Of a stretch of 64,000 nt of DNA, positions 24,960-39,620 are shown one piece after another. The position numbers were made by a program, and so were the translations under genes. The notes under the pieces were generated by a model. It searched no databases, was not told the origin of the DNA, and worked only from the letters and a program-made list of their open reading frames with translations. Position 1 is the first letter of the stretch. Every line of letters starts with the position of its first letter. This DNA comes from Eledone cirrhosa. Taxonomy: Eukaryota. The stretch spans positions 7,254,001 to 7,318,000 of the forward strand of contig OZ024753.1 of assembly GCA_964016885.1 (NCBI GenBank), read 5' to 3'.

Positions 24960-25100
24960 GGTCCCAGCCGACAGGATGTAGAATACATTGCCCCGAAGGA
25001 CGGCGAGGGAGACGCGCTGGAACACGCCCTTCCTCTCGCGGGGCTGGCTCGCACCTGCTGGCGGTCAACACTACTCTGATAGCAGTGAGTTATGACGTTA
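24960..25100 (-). mobile_element. CRE-like non-LTR 3' fragment
   Basis: Minus-strand FQRVSLAVLRGNVFYIL. Confidence 0.5.
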
Positions 25101-25570
25101 TCCCTTATCCTTGCAACGAGAAATTTATGCACCTGTTGATGAAGACTACGTTTGTGTTTCACGAGCGATGGCCTATTGCGTATGCCAACTGATATAGTCA
25201 GCTATAAATTGACGGAAGCATTACAGTTTTGGGCGATATGCCTTGTGGTAGTTATTCCGGACCCTTATGTCAGGGTTTCTAGATTACCACACAAGGTCAA
25301 TTGAACTTCTGGAAGTTTTAACGGCCAAAGACAAAGCTTTGAGATATTTATTCTGGCTATTAGTGTTCTTAGTTTCAGTATAAACATTCGCCTAGGTTCA
25401 CGAAATCACCTGACCTTTAGCTGACTTTATTTGAGTGCATTCTCTTGAAAATATTCGAGTCAGGTTATCGATTTTAAAATAAATTCCAACTTCCATTCCT
25501 CCCTCTGTACCAGCAATCTAGGGGGCCTCTGAAAAGTGTTTTGAACAATACAATTCTTCACTGACAAAAT

Positions 25571-25864
25571 GAGGCATGGGCAACGTTTTTCGAGAAGCGG
25601 GCCGCATGAGATATGGCTCATCATTAGGCGGGCCGCAAGCGCTAATTTACATTCGTGCCCACATTAAAAACAAAGGACAGTAACTCAGGTTGTTTTGATT
25701 TGTTTCTTCAGAATTCGTACACGTTGTTTTCCTCGATCGTAAAAATGATAGAAAGATAAATTACGACTGAAAAGTTGGAGTAAAAAAAAATCAGAAAGAT
25801 TTCACTTAGGTGACTTAGGTGAGCCATTCAGAAAGCTTCGCGGGCTGCAGGTTGCCCATGACTG
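25571..25864. mobile_element. hAT (Charlie-like) MITE
   Basis: TIRs GAGGCATGGGCAAC and GTTGCCCATGACTG, subterminal GCGGGCCGCA motifs, and an imperfect 8-bp TSD GACAAAAT/GACTAAAC. Confidence 0.75.
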
Positions 25865-26014
25865 GACTAAACCATGAAAGTCAGAATTTGGATCTAATAC
25901 AAAGATTGAAGCGGTGGATTCTTGTTTGATGATGGACATTCCAGGAAACTCCTACTCTTCCCCCAAGCACTTATGTAGATTAATGTAGTGTATAAAATAG
26001 TTTCCTGCAAATAT

Positions 26015-26862
26015 AATTGTTTCTACTCTAGGCACAAGGCCAGCAATTTGAAGGGGAGGAGAAAGCCGATCAAATCGACCCCAGTGCATTAAGGGTGGGA
26101 AAAAAATGTTAACCTCGGAGGGATTTGAACTCATACCGTAAATGGACATAACTCTATGCTGCAAAGCAAGGTGTCTGACGCTCTACCAATCCACGCCCTA
26201 ACATAATGATTTCTAGTATAGGCACAAGGCCAGTAATTTGGGGAGAGGGGACAGTCGATTAAATCGATCCCAGTACGTGTCTGGTACTTTATTTTATCGA
26301 CCCCGTAATGATGAAAGCAAAGTTAACCTTGGCGGGATCTGAACTCAGGCCGTAAAGGACCGTAACTCTATGCTGCAAAGCATGGCGTCTGACCCTCTAC
26401 CGATACTGCCAATCAACGCCCTTACATAATTGTTTCTTCTTTTGGCACAAGGCCAGCAATTAGCCCAGTGCATTACTGGTACTTTATACACTGGGATAAT
26501 TGCTGGCCTTGTGTCAAAATAGAAACAATTATATTAGGGCCTGGATTTGCAGTATCGGTAGAGGGTCAGACACCATTCTTTGCAGCATAGAGTTACAGGC
26601 CTTTACTGTAACTCTATGCTGCAAAGCATGGTGTCTGACCCTCTACCGATACTGCCAATCCAGGCCCTAATATAATTGTTTCTACATTTGGCACAAGGTC
26701 AGTAATTATCCCAGTGCATAACTGGTACTTTATAGTACCGATCCCGTAAGGATGAAAGGCAAAGTTAACCTCGATGGGATTTGAACTCAGAATGGCAAGG
26801 GCCGTAACTCTATGCGTCAAAGCATGGCGTCCGACCCTCTACCAATACTGCCATAATACGCC
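26015..26862 (-). mobile_element. Cluster of SINE family 1 copies, including an inverted piece at 26488-26605
   Basis: Repeated SINE consensus. Confidence 0.8.
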
Positions 26863-27659
26863 TAAATCAGATTAGAACCTGTTACCAATGTGCGTGTTAT
26901 ATATAATCTGATACACATATTATTTATGAAGTTACGAAATATCGCCTATGCCGCTTAAGTCAATAGAAACCAAATATACTTTCAAAAGAGAACAAACGGT
27001 AAAAAAAAAAGGTACAATACTAAACAACAGCCATAAGAACAACCCCGACAACAATAGCAGCTGCAACATCATCAACAAAATTTACAATAACAACGACAAA
27101 TATTTTACAACAATAGACAATACACAAATCAACAATAAAAACATAATACCAGCACAACCAAGAAAAACACTTAGAAAATATCCGCATCTACTTGTTTATA
27201 ATACATAAGTTCAATAATTTTATCTTCTCTATTAATCCAGCGATTGGATTATTCAGTTTTATGAATCCAGCTGAAAATGAAAAGGTTGTATTGGAGAGAT
27301 GGTATAGAGTTTACGTATCGTTCTATGGAACATGGTGGAATTCTTTACTTATAAAAGGAATATGGAATATCCTTTTGTATTGCGTTAGCATTGTTCTATG
27401 TGTTCGCTCTAAAGAAATACAATCGCCATCATTGATGTTATGCTGTTGTGGTCTTATAGATGGATCATAGCAATGTTAATATCACAGTCATATTGTCACT
27501 GTTCACGACCATTACGAGAGAGAGACTTGTATAGGACTATAGAGAGGAGGGAGGGGGGTGAGATCAAGAGAGTGAGAGCAAGAGAGACGGGGGGACGCAT
27601 AATTAAAGAGAGGAAAATGAAGAGGTATATTCTTATACAGAGATAGATACACACAAAGA

Positions 27660-27676
27660 AAGAAAGAGAGAAAGAA

Positions 27677-27712
<36 letters not shown>

Positions 27713-27761
27713 TGAGAGAGAGAGACAAAGAGAGTGAGAGACAAAGAGAGTGAGAGACAAA

Positions 27762-27803
<42 letters not shown>

Positions 27804-28230
27804 GAGAGAGAGAGACATAGAGAGAGAGAGTGAGAGAGAGAGAGAGTGAGTGACAGAGAGAGAGACAGAGAAAGTGAGTGAGAGCGAGAGTGAGTGAGAG
27901 CGAGAGAGACGGGGAGAGAGGGAGAGAGAGAGACGGAGAGAGAGGGAGATTGAGAGACGGAGAGAGAGGGAGATTGAGAGACAGAGAGAGAGGGAGATTA
28001 AGAGACGGAGAGAGAGGGAGAAAGAGAGACAGAGTGAGAGAGACAGATACAGAGCGAGAGAGAGGAAGATGCATGATTGAATAAAAAAGGGGGAAAATAA
28101 AGTTTTATTCTGATAGAGAGATAGAGAAAGAGGGAGAGAGAGAGAGAGAGAGAAGGACAGGGATAGAGAGACAGAGAGAAGGACAGAGTTAGAGAGAGAG
28201 AGAGAGAGAGAGAGAGATAGGGAGAAAGAC

Positions 28231-28276
<46 letters not shown>

Positions 28277-28292
28277 ACAGGGAGAGAAGGAC

Positions 28293-28352
<60 letters not shown>
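27660..28352. repeat. (AG)n-derived purine tract
   Basis: Directly visible. Similar tracts at 38525-38915 and, CT-rich, at 45280-45905. Confidence 0.9.
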
Positions 28353-28353
<1 letters not shown>

Positions 28354-28718
28354 CATGATCGGAAATTGAAGAGAGATGTGAATTGAACGATTGATAAAAA
28401 GATAGAAAGAGGAATGAAACGACTAGGAAGGAGAGATAGATGAAGTTTAGAAGCGAGATGAGATAATTAGAGAGAATAACGATGTCAGAGAAAGAAATAC
28501 GCTGATGAGGGGTAAAGACATTGAAATGTGTAAGGGCAACATGAAGTGCAATGTAAGGAATGAGAAGAAAGAGAAAAGTGATGACAAACGCGGGAAATGA
28601 AAGAATAAAATGAAACAAAATGAACTTAAGGAATGGAAAAAAAGTGGGGGGGGGACTTTCAAGGGATCATCTATATATAATATAAAAGATGTTTATCGGT
28701 TGAATCACACGAAAACTA

Positions 28719-28772
<54 letters not shown>

Positions 28773-29277
28773 TAAATAAATACGCACACAAATATATACA
28801 CACACATCTAAAGAGAGCGATAGGCTGTTATAGAGAGAGAGATACAATTAAAGTGTTAGATATTCAGAGAGAGAGAGAGAGAGAGAAAAAGAAAGAGAGA
28901 GAGAGTAACGTCCCACAAAAGTCTAGAAACGGCTTAAACTATAGATCGTTTGATTTATAGGAAGGTTTAACAATATATTACATTAGCTTTTATAAAGTAG
29001 TTTTAGTCTTTGATTTTACAGAACAAAGAAAAATTTATACTATTTGAAATTAATCTATCCTTCAGTTTTTATCCATATACAGACCGTACTAACGAAGCAA
29101 CACTTCAGAAGCAATGTCATGCAGTATATTGCTGTGTTTGAGATGACATCCTTTGAAAAAGATCATACCGTCTATGGTTATTTCACAACATTTAAAATCC
29201 AAGGCCAATGCAACCATTTAATTGGCAGTTTACTCACCCAGCCCAATAAGGAAGTTTAATGATTATTATTATCGGTA

Positions 29278-29648
29278 GAGGGCGGTGGATTGGCAGTATC
29301 GGTAGAGGGTCTAACGCCATGCTTTGCAGCCCAGTTACGTCCCTTTACGGACTGAGTTCAAATCCCGCCGAGGTTAACTTTGCCTTTCATCCTTACGGGG
29401 TCGATTATATAAAGTACCAGTAATACACTGGTGTTAATTGCTGGCCTTGTGCCAAAAGTAGAAACAATTATTATCGGTAGAGGGTCCGACGCCATGCTTT
29501 GCAGTAACGAGTTACGCCCCTTTGTAGTCTGAGTTCAAATCCCACCGAGATTCACTTTGCCTTTCATCCTTACGGGGTCGATAAAATAAAGTACCAGTAA
29601 TGTACTGCGGTAATTGCTGGCCTTGTGCCAAAAGTAGAAACAATTATT
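29278..29648 (+). mobile_element. Two tandem SINE family 1 copies
   Basis: A box, B box and body consensus. Confidence 0.85.
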
Positions 29649-30217
29649 TTCTATCAAATTGTTGGTTGTCAAAATTAGGGTGTGTCCTCGAGGACACCTT
29701 CGGCGCCGGGAAATACGGTAATCTACTGAGCATAAGATCCATCAAGGGGCAAAGACTAACTTCTCCGGAGCTGAGGTCAAAAGGGCAACTTAAGTACGCA
29801 TGTGTGACAAGACCTCTGGGGCAGCAAAAAATTCTGCCCAAAATGTTAATAGCATTTAATAAAGAAAAGGATTTCGCTGGTTGACTCATGTGGGCCTGGT
29901 GGAATGGGTTTTTGGACAGACACAAGAGATATGATAATCGCGATTGATAATTGCAATTTTCAATAGGGGAGAAAAGAGAAATTATTCTAATTATAGAGGA
30001 ACTTTCTTGTTAAGTCTTCTCAATAAAGATTATGTGTTTGACAGAGAGATGTAGAGATATAGTCAAATTCAAGATAGCTGACGAATATTGAGGTTTTCGT
30101 CCTAGACGAAGCGCATAGCCGACTAAACATATACGCCACGACAAGACTCCGTGATCGTGTGAGTATCTTGTTATAAATCTTGGAGTGTTCCGTCCGTTCG
30201 TTCATACCTTTTACATA

Positions 30218-31038
30218 TATGGTGGCTGCTAACTCGTTTTCGAGTACGGCCACTACTCTATATCCATGTAGGAGGGCCACTACTTTATATCCATGTAGGA
30301 GAACCCCTACCGATGCGCTGAACGAGTGTGACTTTTTAGTCCAGCCAGCGACTTGAAAACTCAGGTTCAAACACTACACTTGTGACAAATATTGACACAT
30401 AGTGTTGGGCCCATGGTACCATGTGACAACAAGTGCAGAGAGATCTCCAGATATAAAGCAATGCCTGTGCCGTGAATATATATACATATATACATACATA
30501 CACACCCACACATTTATGTTTGTAAATAAGTGTGTGTGTATATATATATATATATATATTTGGATGTATGTATATATATATATATGTGTGTGTGGGTATG
30601 TATAAAAATATATATATGTATGTATATATATATATATATATATGTGTATGTATGTATGTATGTATGTATGTATGTATATATATATATATATATAACACCT
30701 GCAACTCTGATGGTATCCAATGATGTTGACTTGTTCTTCTTTTTGGTAAATATCATCTTGGTTAAGAGAGTGGGACTGGCTTTGTGCAGTGCCTTTGCTC
30801 ACTATAAAAGCTTCACGGCACAGGCATTGCTTTATATCTGGAGATCTCTCTGCACTTGTCGTCACATAGTACCATGGGCCCAGCGCTATGTGTCAATAAT
30901 TGTCACAAGTGTAGTGTTTGTACCAGAGTTTTCAAGTCGCTGGTTGGACTAAAAAGTCACACTCGTTCAGTGCATCGGTAGGGGTTCTCCTACATGGATA
31001 TAAAGTAGTGGCCGTACTCGAAAACGAGTTGGCAGCCA

Positions 31039-31042
<4 letters not shown>
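30218..31042. mobile_element. Inverted pair of a dispersed element around a (TA)/(TATG) tract
   Basis: 30218-30475 (+) mirrors 30812-31042 (-). A third copy lies at 37537-37870 (+). Confidence 0.65.
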
Positions 31043-31083
<41 letters not shown>

Positions 31084-31170
31084 TATCATCATCAATTTAC
31101 GTCCGCTTTTCCCTGCTTTCAACGGTTGGACGGGTCCTATTCTCCACTTGTCACATACACACACACACAC

Positions 31171-31255
<85 letters not shown>

Positions 31256-31614
31256 AAAATCAATGACATGCGTGCGTACATATGTGCGAAAGGCTAAGCA
31301 ATTGTCATTGGCAGTGCACCAACAACTAGCACGAAGCTGCCATCACCAGCATGCGATACGTGAGTAACATTGACACATATTAATATTGCTCGAAACATTT
31401 GCCCTGAGCAAAATCTACCTGGCTTTCTCTTTTAACGAGATTCTCGGAGATTCTCTTCAGACATATTTACCTTCTAGCTAAATCATTTCCAACGCTGTCT
31501 GCCAACCTCTAAGTAATTCTGACAGAAATATTTTCAAATTTATTATTTTTGTTGGTATTCAGCGTTTCGCTCTTTTGTGCCAATATTATGCTGCCTTTCA
31601 CAGCATAGCAACAT

Positions 31615-33185
31615 GAAGAAGAAGAAGAAGAAGAAGAAGAAGAAGAAGAAGAAGAAGAAGAAGAAGAAGAAGAAGAAGAAGAAGAAGAAGAAGAAGAAGA
31701 AGAAGAAGAAGAAGAAGAAAAAGAAGAAGAAGAAGAAGAAGAAGAAGAAGAAGAAGAAGAAGAAGAAGAAGAAGAAGAAGAAGAAGAAAAGAAGAAGGAA
31801 AATAAGAAGAAGAAGGAAAAGAAGAAGAAGAAGAAGAAGAAGAAGAAGAAGAAGAAGAAGAAGAAGAAGAAGAAGAAGAAGAAGAAGGAAAAGAAGAAGA
31901 AGGAAAAGAAGAAGAAGGAAAAGAGGAAGAAGGAGGAAAAGAAGAAGGAAAAGAAGGAGGAAAAGAAGAAGAAGAAGGATTAAGAAGAAGGATTAAGAAG
32001 AAGAAGAAAAAGAAGAAAAAAGAAGAATAAGAAGAAAAAGAAGAAGGAAACGAAGAAGGAGAAGAAAAAGAAGAAAAAGAAAGAGAAGAAAAAGGAGAAA
32101 AAGAAGAAGAAAAGAAGAAGGAAAAGAAGGAAGAGAGGAAGAAGGAGGAAAAGAAGAAGAAGGAAAAGAAGAAGGAGGAAAAGAAGAAGAAGGAAAAGAA
32201 GAAGAAGGAGAAGAAGAGGGAGGAAAAGAAGAAGAAGAAGGAAAATAAGAAGAAGAAGGAAAAGAAGAAGAAGAAGAAGAAGAAGAAGAAGAAGAAGAAG
32301 AAGAAGAAGAAGAAGAAGAAGAAGAAGAAGAAGGAAAAGAAGAAGAAGGAAAAGAAGAAGAAGGAAAAGAGGAAGAAGGAGGAAAAGAAGAAGGAAAAGA
32401 AGAAGGAGGAAAAGAAGAAGAAGGATTAAGAAGAAGGATTAAGAAGAAGAAAAAGAAGAAAAATAAGAATAAGAAGAAAAAGAAGGAAACGAAGAAGAAG
32501 AAAAAGAAGAAGAAAAAGAAGAAAAAGAAAAAGAAGAAACAGAAGAAAAAGAAGAAGGAAAAGAAGAAGGAAAAGAAGAAGAAGAAGAAGGATTAAGAAG
32601 AAAAAGAAGAAAAAGAGGAAGAAGAAAAAGAGCAACAACAACAACAACATCAGCAGTAGCAACAGCAGCAGCTTTTTCGTTAGGAACATCATTGGCCATG
32701 CTCTTTCTTGCTCACCATCCCCCTTCTCTTCCTTCTCACCACCACCACCACCACCAACATCATCATTATCATCACCATCACCATCACCAACATCATCAAT
32801 ATCACCACCACCACCATCACCGCCATCACCACCACCACCACCATCATCATCATCACCATCACCACCACCATGACCGCCATCACCACCACCATCATCACCG
32901 CCATCACCACCACCACCATCATCACCGCCATCACCACCACCACCATCACCGCCATCACCACCACCACCATCACCACCACAACCATCATCGTCACCAACAT
33001 CATCATCATTATCACCATCACCACCATCACCGCCATAACCACCACCACCATCATCATCACCACCACCACCACCATCACCACCATCACCACCACCATCATC
33101 ACCGCCATCACCACCACCACCATCATCACCGCCATCACCACCAACATCATCATCATCACCACCATCACCACCACCACCATCATTA
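31615..33185. repeat. (AAG)n tract followed by (CAC/CAT)n triplet tract
   Basis: Directly visible. Source of spurious poly-K/R and poly-H/T ORFs. Confidence 0.95.
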
Positions 33186-34131
33186 TTTTACGCTTTCGTA
33201 ATCCTTATTTGTAATTATCACCATTAACTTCTTCGTCCTCCTTCACACATCTTCATAATCACATGCATACATACACACACACACATGCACCCATGTATAT
33301 ACACATATACATATGTACATGTGTATATACATATTTACACACTTTTGGATGGCCGTTGACCCTTATGAGTTCTTCCGCCCTTTGTCAGGTTTTGTTTTTT
33401 TGTCCTGCAGGGTGTCCAAATTCACCCTCCTCACATACATACATACACACACACATATACATACACGCACACATGTATACACACACACACGCATACATAC
33501 ACACACACACACATGCACCATACATGCACGCATGCATACATACACACACACACACGCATACATACACACACACACATACATACATATACACATACATACA
33601 TACGCACATACAGCTTGTCATTTTCTTAGATGTTTAGATGTCATATGTGAAATCATTGGCTGTTCTTTCTAGCGATTAACCGAGTGCATGCTTCCTATGA
33701 CGTCATGGTTCTACCCCCTGCGCTAGGCCCCACAGCCAAGATACCTGAACATATATATTGACAAAACTCCATTCCTGTCCACCCTGTGTGAAGACAAGCA
33801 ACTCGAACTGACACTTGTGCTGTGGATATTACTTGCTTTAGGTTAAGTTTATCGACAGAATAGATGTGTGTTAAATTAATTGTCTCCCTTGTAGCCTTTA
33901 CATATCCTTAAGAAGGTTGTCAGGAGCTTCACTGGCAAAATGAACGACATTAGAGAGAAGCTGTCGTCCCGATAAATGCCACTCAACAGACAATTTCTGT
34001 CTGTAATGATAGAGGTCGCTTCAAACGTTATTGATACCGGTATGTACCTGTCTTCTGACGTCATCGAATATAATAGAAGGGACAGAGGAAACGAATAGGA
34101 ATTCTAGTATGTATGTATGTATGTATGTATG

Positions 34132-34162
<31 letters not shown>

Positions 34163-34609
34163 TGTATGTATGTAGGTCTGTATGTATTTATGTAGGTATA
34201 TATGGCGGTAGGTATAAATCTATGTAGGTATGTATGTATGTATGTATGTATGTATGTATGTAGGTAGGTAGGTATGAGTATGTGTGCATGTATGTGTGTA
34301 AGTATGTATGTATTTATGTATGTAGGTATGAGTATGTGTGCATGTATGTATGTATGTAGGTATGAGTATGTGTGCATGTATGTGTGTAAGTATGTATGTA
34401 TTTATGTATGTAGGTATGAGTATGTGTGCATGTATGTATGTATGTAGGTATGAGTATGTGTGCATGTATGTATGTATGTATGTATGTATTTATGTATGTA
34501 GGTATGGATATGTGTGCATGTATATATGTATGTCGGTATATATGTATATATGTATGTAAGCATGTATACATGTAGGTAGGTATGTAAATTTGTATATCGG
34601 TTGGTATGA

Positions 34610-34672
<63 letters not shown>

Positions 34673-34841
34673 CATGTATAAATGAATGTATGTATGTATG
34701 TATATGTGTATATGTGTGTATACATGCAAGTATATACCGATAATATTATGTAGGGTGGTTTCGTATTAAGAAGTCGTCAATATTTCTAGCCATATTAAGA
34801 CTTTAGTCGTTTGTGTGCAAACCATGCTAAATATACATCTA

Positions 34842-34904
<63 letters not shown>

Positions 34905-35003
34905 ATACGTATGTGTGTGTGTGTGTGTGTGCGTGTGTTTGTTTGGGTGTGTGTGTGCGCGCGCGCGTGTCCGTTCAGGAATCGAAATATGCATCGATGT
35001 GTG

Positions 35004-35042
<39 letters not shown>

Positions 35043-35456
35043 ATGTATATATGTGTGTGTGTGCACATGTGCAAACCTATATGTGTATATCTATGCACAT
35101 ATGCTAACCTATATATGTATGTGTATGTGTGTGTGTGTATGAGTGAGCGTGTGTGTGTGTGGTGTGTGCCCAAGTATATGTTTGCGTGGATGTGTGTATA
35201 AGAATTACTATGGTAAATGATACCGAGTTAGACAAATACGACCATTAGAATGACAAAGAGATGCTATGACCCCCTCCCCCTCTTCCGCTTAATCCATATA
35301 ATCCAAGAAACCTAATTCCTCTCGAACATATTACCTTTCAGCTATTGTCTTGTGGCATTATACTCAAGGTTACGTACTGACACTCTCCCAACTTCTCTCT
35401 ATCACTCTCGCTCACCAGCGTTTTCTCCAGCTATCTCACAATATATCTTATATATA

Positions 35457-36651
35457 TACTAGTATTAAAGCCCGGTGTTGCTCGGGGTCATTAAGTTACC
35501 AAAGTTAGGTTGCACCATCCATTTTATGGCAGCACTTTTTTGTCTGCCAGGCACTGGGTGAATGAATTGCAGACCTGGAAGCAGGAGCTGCGCCAGCAGT
35601 GACAATTGTAGTTTCGCCTATGGATATTATCTCTGTGCAAAAAAGTGTTGAAATTTATTGTTTCACAGTAATTGCGCAACACGCGCGTAGACGATGCCAG
35701 CCGAACAACAGAGCTGCAATGGAGTTGTTCTGCATGGTTGTCTGTGTGTTTTCTAAATTTAAGACAGTAGGGAGTGGTGTGATATGGAGGAGAGTTAGCT
35801 GCTGTTTCTAGCAAGTTTAGTGACCTCATAGAAGATATGTTTTCTAAATTTAAGACAGTAGGGATGGGTGTGATATGGGGGAGAGTTAGCTGCTGTTTCT
35901 AGCAGGTTTAGTAACCCCATAGCGGATATGTGTTTTCTAAATTTAAGACAGTAGGGAGTGGTGTGATATAGGGGAGAGTTAGCTGCTGTTTCTAGCAGGT
36001 TTAGTGACCTCATAGAAGATATGTTTTCTAAATTTAAGACAGTAGGGAGGGGTGTGGTATGGGGGAGAGTTAGCTGCTGTTTCTAGCAGGTTTAGTGACC
36101 TCATAGAGGATATTATTGTTTATCATTATCTATAAAAGGCAGATTGTTGTTGTTGTTGTTGAAGTGAGTGTGTGTTTGTATGTGTTTGGAAAAGAGGTTT
36201 TTAAAAAGATTTATCGCTTGTTGTTGAATAAATGTATCTGTTGCTTTTGAATAATTGTCGTTTCGTATGAAATGTAATAATTTGAAGTATAAAAGAGAAA
36301 GTAGCAAAATGTGTGGGTTGTAGATAGAGGTCAGCAGATGATATGACAGAGTAATACGGACACTATCACCATCAAGCTTGGAAAGAGAAAGTAGCAGAAA
36401 GTATAAAGTTGTATAGATTTTGAATGGTAGTGGAAAGAGTTTAGTAGTTTAAATGATAGAGAAAAATCGTAAAATATTGAGTTTTATCTATTTTTTGCGT
36501 AATTGTGGGTGAAATTGAAAAAATTATCTGTACCAAGACGCAATCGAAACTATTTCGAATACTGAATTGTAAATTTCAATTGAAGAAATTCTATATCGTA
36601 GATTTCTATAAGAAAGGAGCATGACCACACACTGAGCTTTATAGATTATGA
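35457..36651. mobile_element. HINE-like element carrying an internal tandem repeat
   Basis: Starts TACTAGTATTAAAGCCCGGTGTTGCTCGGG and ends TTTTATAGATTATGAT. Confidence 0.5.
35745..36112. repeat. About 92-bp tandem repeat, 4 copies
   Basis: Unit TGTTTTCTAAATTTAAGACAGTAGGGA...GTTTAGTGACCTCATAGAAGATA. Confidence 0.9.
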
Positions 36652-36788
36652 TACACAAATACACACACACGCACACACAGACACATATATATATATACAT
36701 ATATACGTAAGCGCTTGTCTATAGAAATGGCTGACAAAATAGCATGCATCATGTACATAATTGTATGTGAGAATGTAAGCATGTATAC

Positions 36789-36862
<74 letters not shown>

Positions 36863-37019
36863 CAAAGGAATTGTGGTAAGGAACCAGATGGACTATAACG
36901 CACCAGAGTACTCAATAATTAGGGTGGTAGAGTGGCTAATAGAAAAGAGTATGACCCCCGACGGCAGAGCTCCAGCCGTCGAAACGGCTTGAGCTCTGCT
37001 GTCGTGGTCATACTTTTTC

Positions 37020-37056
<37 letters not shown>

Positions 37057-37058
37057 AC

Positions 37059-37092
<34 letters not shown>

Positions 37093-37871
37093 ACTGTATT
37101 TGTGGGTATATATGCCTATCTATGCATGTCTGTGTATATATATATATACATAGGTATGCATGTGCCCAAACCGAGTGTATGCAGCATGTTGGGTTAGGAA
37201 GTGTTTTCGTGAGATATGCATACAAATGGAGATTGTATGCAAATGTAACTTGTACAGCCTGGCACGTTTATATACACTCATATATACTTATATATACATT
37301 CATATATACTCATACACTCACATATATACATACAGTCACATATACACATATATACATAGTCACATATGTGTATATGTGACTGTATGTCCAGAAACAGCCG
37401 TCGAAACGGCTTGAGCTCTGCCGTTGTGGTTAAACCTTTTCCTAATATCCACTCTACTACGCTAAGTATTGAGTACTCTGGTGCGTTATGGTCCAACTGG
37501 TTCCTTACCACACCTCCTTCGTTATATATATATATATGGTGGCTGCCAACTCGTTTTTGAGTACGCCACTACTTTATATCCCTGTAGGAGAACCCCTACC
37601 GATGCGCTGTCGAGTGTGACTTTTTAGCCCAGCCAGCGACTTGAAAACTCTGGTACAAACACTACACTTGTGACAATTATTGACACATAGTGCTGGGCCC
37701 ATGGTACCATGTGACGACAAGTGCAGAGAGACCTCCAGATTTAAAGCAAAGCTTTTATAGTGAGCAAAGGCACTGCACAAAGCCAGTGCCACTCTCTTAA
37801 CCAAGAGGATATTTACCAAAAAGAAGAACAAGTCAACATCATTGGATACCATCAGGGTTGCAGGTGTTATA

Positions 37872-38078
37872 TCAGAGTTTTCCTTCTCCTAGAATTCTGC
37901 CTTGACAAAGGCTAAGGGGTCATCTCTCCCGGTGATTTTGGATGGCCATTGACTCTTAAGAGCTCCTTTGCCCTTTGACAGGTTTTGTTTTTAGTCCTGC
38001 AGGATGTCCAAAGTCACTCTCCTCACCAAGAAACATTGGTGGGGTTGCCAGTTTAGTCGCCAACGACCCGACCATTGG
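37872..38078 (-). mobile_element. Dispersed repeat resembling an RTE 5' region
   Basis: Related copies at 9590-9720 (+) and 33345-33433 (-). Contains CTAGGAGAAGGAAAACTCTG. Confidence 0.45.
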
Positions 38079-38309
38079 ACATATATATATATATATATAT
38101 ACACATATATATATACCATGTATATATATATATACACACATACATATATATACGCTCATACTTATATATGTACATTCAAAAATTCACACATGCATAAAAT
38201 GCATTCATGCAAACAAACATACATATATACATGCGTGCATGTACACAAACATATATATATACATACATAACTGAAAGAATAAATGCTATATATATGTTTT
38301 TACTTTAGT

Positions 38310-38480
38310 CACAGGGCCAGGAATTTGAAGGGAGGAGGGAATCGATTAACACCAGTGCGTGACTGGTACTTTATTTTATCGAACCCGTAAGGATGAAAGG
38401 CAAAGTTTACCTCGGCAGGATTTGAACTCAGAATGTAAAGGACCATAACTCTATGCTGCAAAGCATGGCGTCTGACGCTT
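38310..38480 (-). mobile_element. SINE family 1
   Basis: Consensus match. Confidence 0.8.
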
Positions 38481-38644
38481 TGTATTGTAAGAAAGTGCGA
38501 AAGGAAAAATAAAATATGAGAGTCAGAGAGAAAGATTGAGAGAGAGAGAGAAAGGGAGTGAGAGAGAGAGAGAAAGGGAGAGAGAGACAGAGAGAAAGGT
38601 AAAAGGGAGAGAGAGAGAGAGAAAGGGAGACAGAGAGAAAGGTA

Positions 38645-38681
<37 letters not shown>

Positions 38682-39057
38682 GAGAGAGAGACATAGAGAA
38701 AGGTAAAAGGGAGGGAGAGAGAGAGAGAGAGATTGAGAGAAGGAAAGAGTGATATAGAGATATATACACACAAAGTGAGAAAGAGAGAGAGTGTGGCATA
38801 ATTGAAGAAAAATGAAGAGGTATACTTTTATACAGAGATAGATACACTCAAAGAGAGAGAGAGAGAGACAGACAGACATATAGAGAGAGGGAGAGAAAGA
38901 GAGAGAAGTATAAGCAAGAGAGCGTAAGTAAGAGGTAAATTATACACGAGAGAGAGAGTAGCAATAGACGTTAAAATAACGCTGGAAGTAAGAAGTCGTA
39001 AGATCGCTTAACTGGAAATTTTAAACGTGAGGTCGCTTTTCCGAAACATAAGCGTTA

Positions 39058-39620
39058 ACGGCGGCAAAGCATAGAACGTCAGACGTCATGCCTTTGCAGC
39101 ATAGAGTTATGGCCCTTTACGTTCTGAGTTCAAATCCCGCCGAGGTTAGATTTGCCTTTCAGCCTTACGGGGTTGATAAAATAAAGTACCAGTAATGCAC
39201 TGGGGTAATTGCTGGCCTTGTGCCAAAATTAAAAACATTATCATATTGGATTGGCAGTATCGGTAGAATGTCAGACACCATGCTTTACAGCATAGAGTTA
39301 TGGCCATTTACGGTCTGAGTTTAAATTTCACCGGGGTTAGCTTTGCCTTTTATCCTTACAGGGTCGATAAATAAAGTACCACTAATGCACTGGGGTAATT
39401 GCTGGCCTTGTGCCAAAATTAAAAACATCATATTGGATTGGCAGTATCGGTAGAATGTCAGACGCCATGCTTTACAGCATAGAGTTATGGCCATTTACGG
39501 TTTTGAGTTTAAATTTTACCGAGGTTAGCTTTGCCTTTCATCCTTACAGGGTCGATAAATAAAGTACCAGTAATGCACTGGGATAATTGCTGGCCTTGTG
39601 CCAAATGTAGAAACACTTAT
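39058..39620 (+). mobile_element. Three tandem SINE family 1 copies
   Basis: Consensus match. Copies 2 and 3 share private variants, suggesting tandem duplication. Confidence 0.85.

Noticed and set aside
30070-30130. Other CUGANGA hits (30078, 1796, 31455, 61898)
   Set aside because: Each lacks GAAA/UH or pairable stems, so they were not counted as hammerheads.
31577-33214. Poly-K/R and poly-H/T ORFs
   Set aside because: Triplet microsatellites with no coding complexity.
37872-38078. HDV-like ribozyme in the RTE-type 5' repeat
   Set aside because: I could not build the nested double pseudoknot or find a convincing L3/J4-2 motif.
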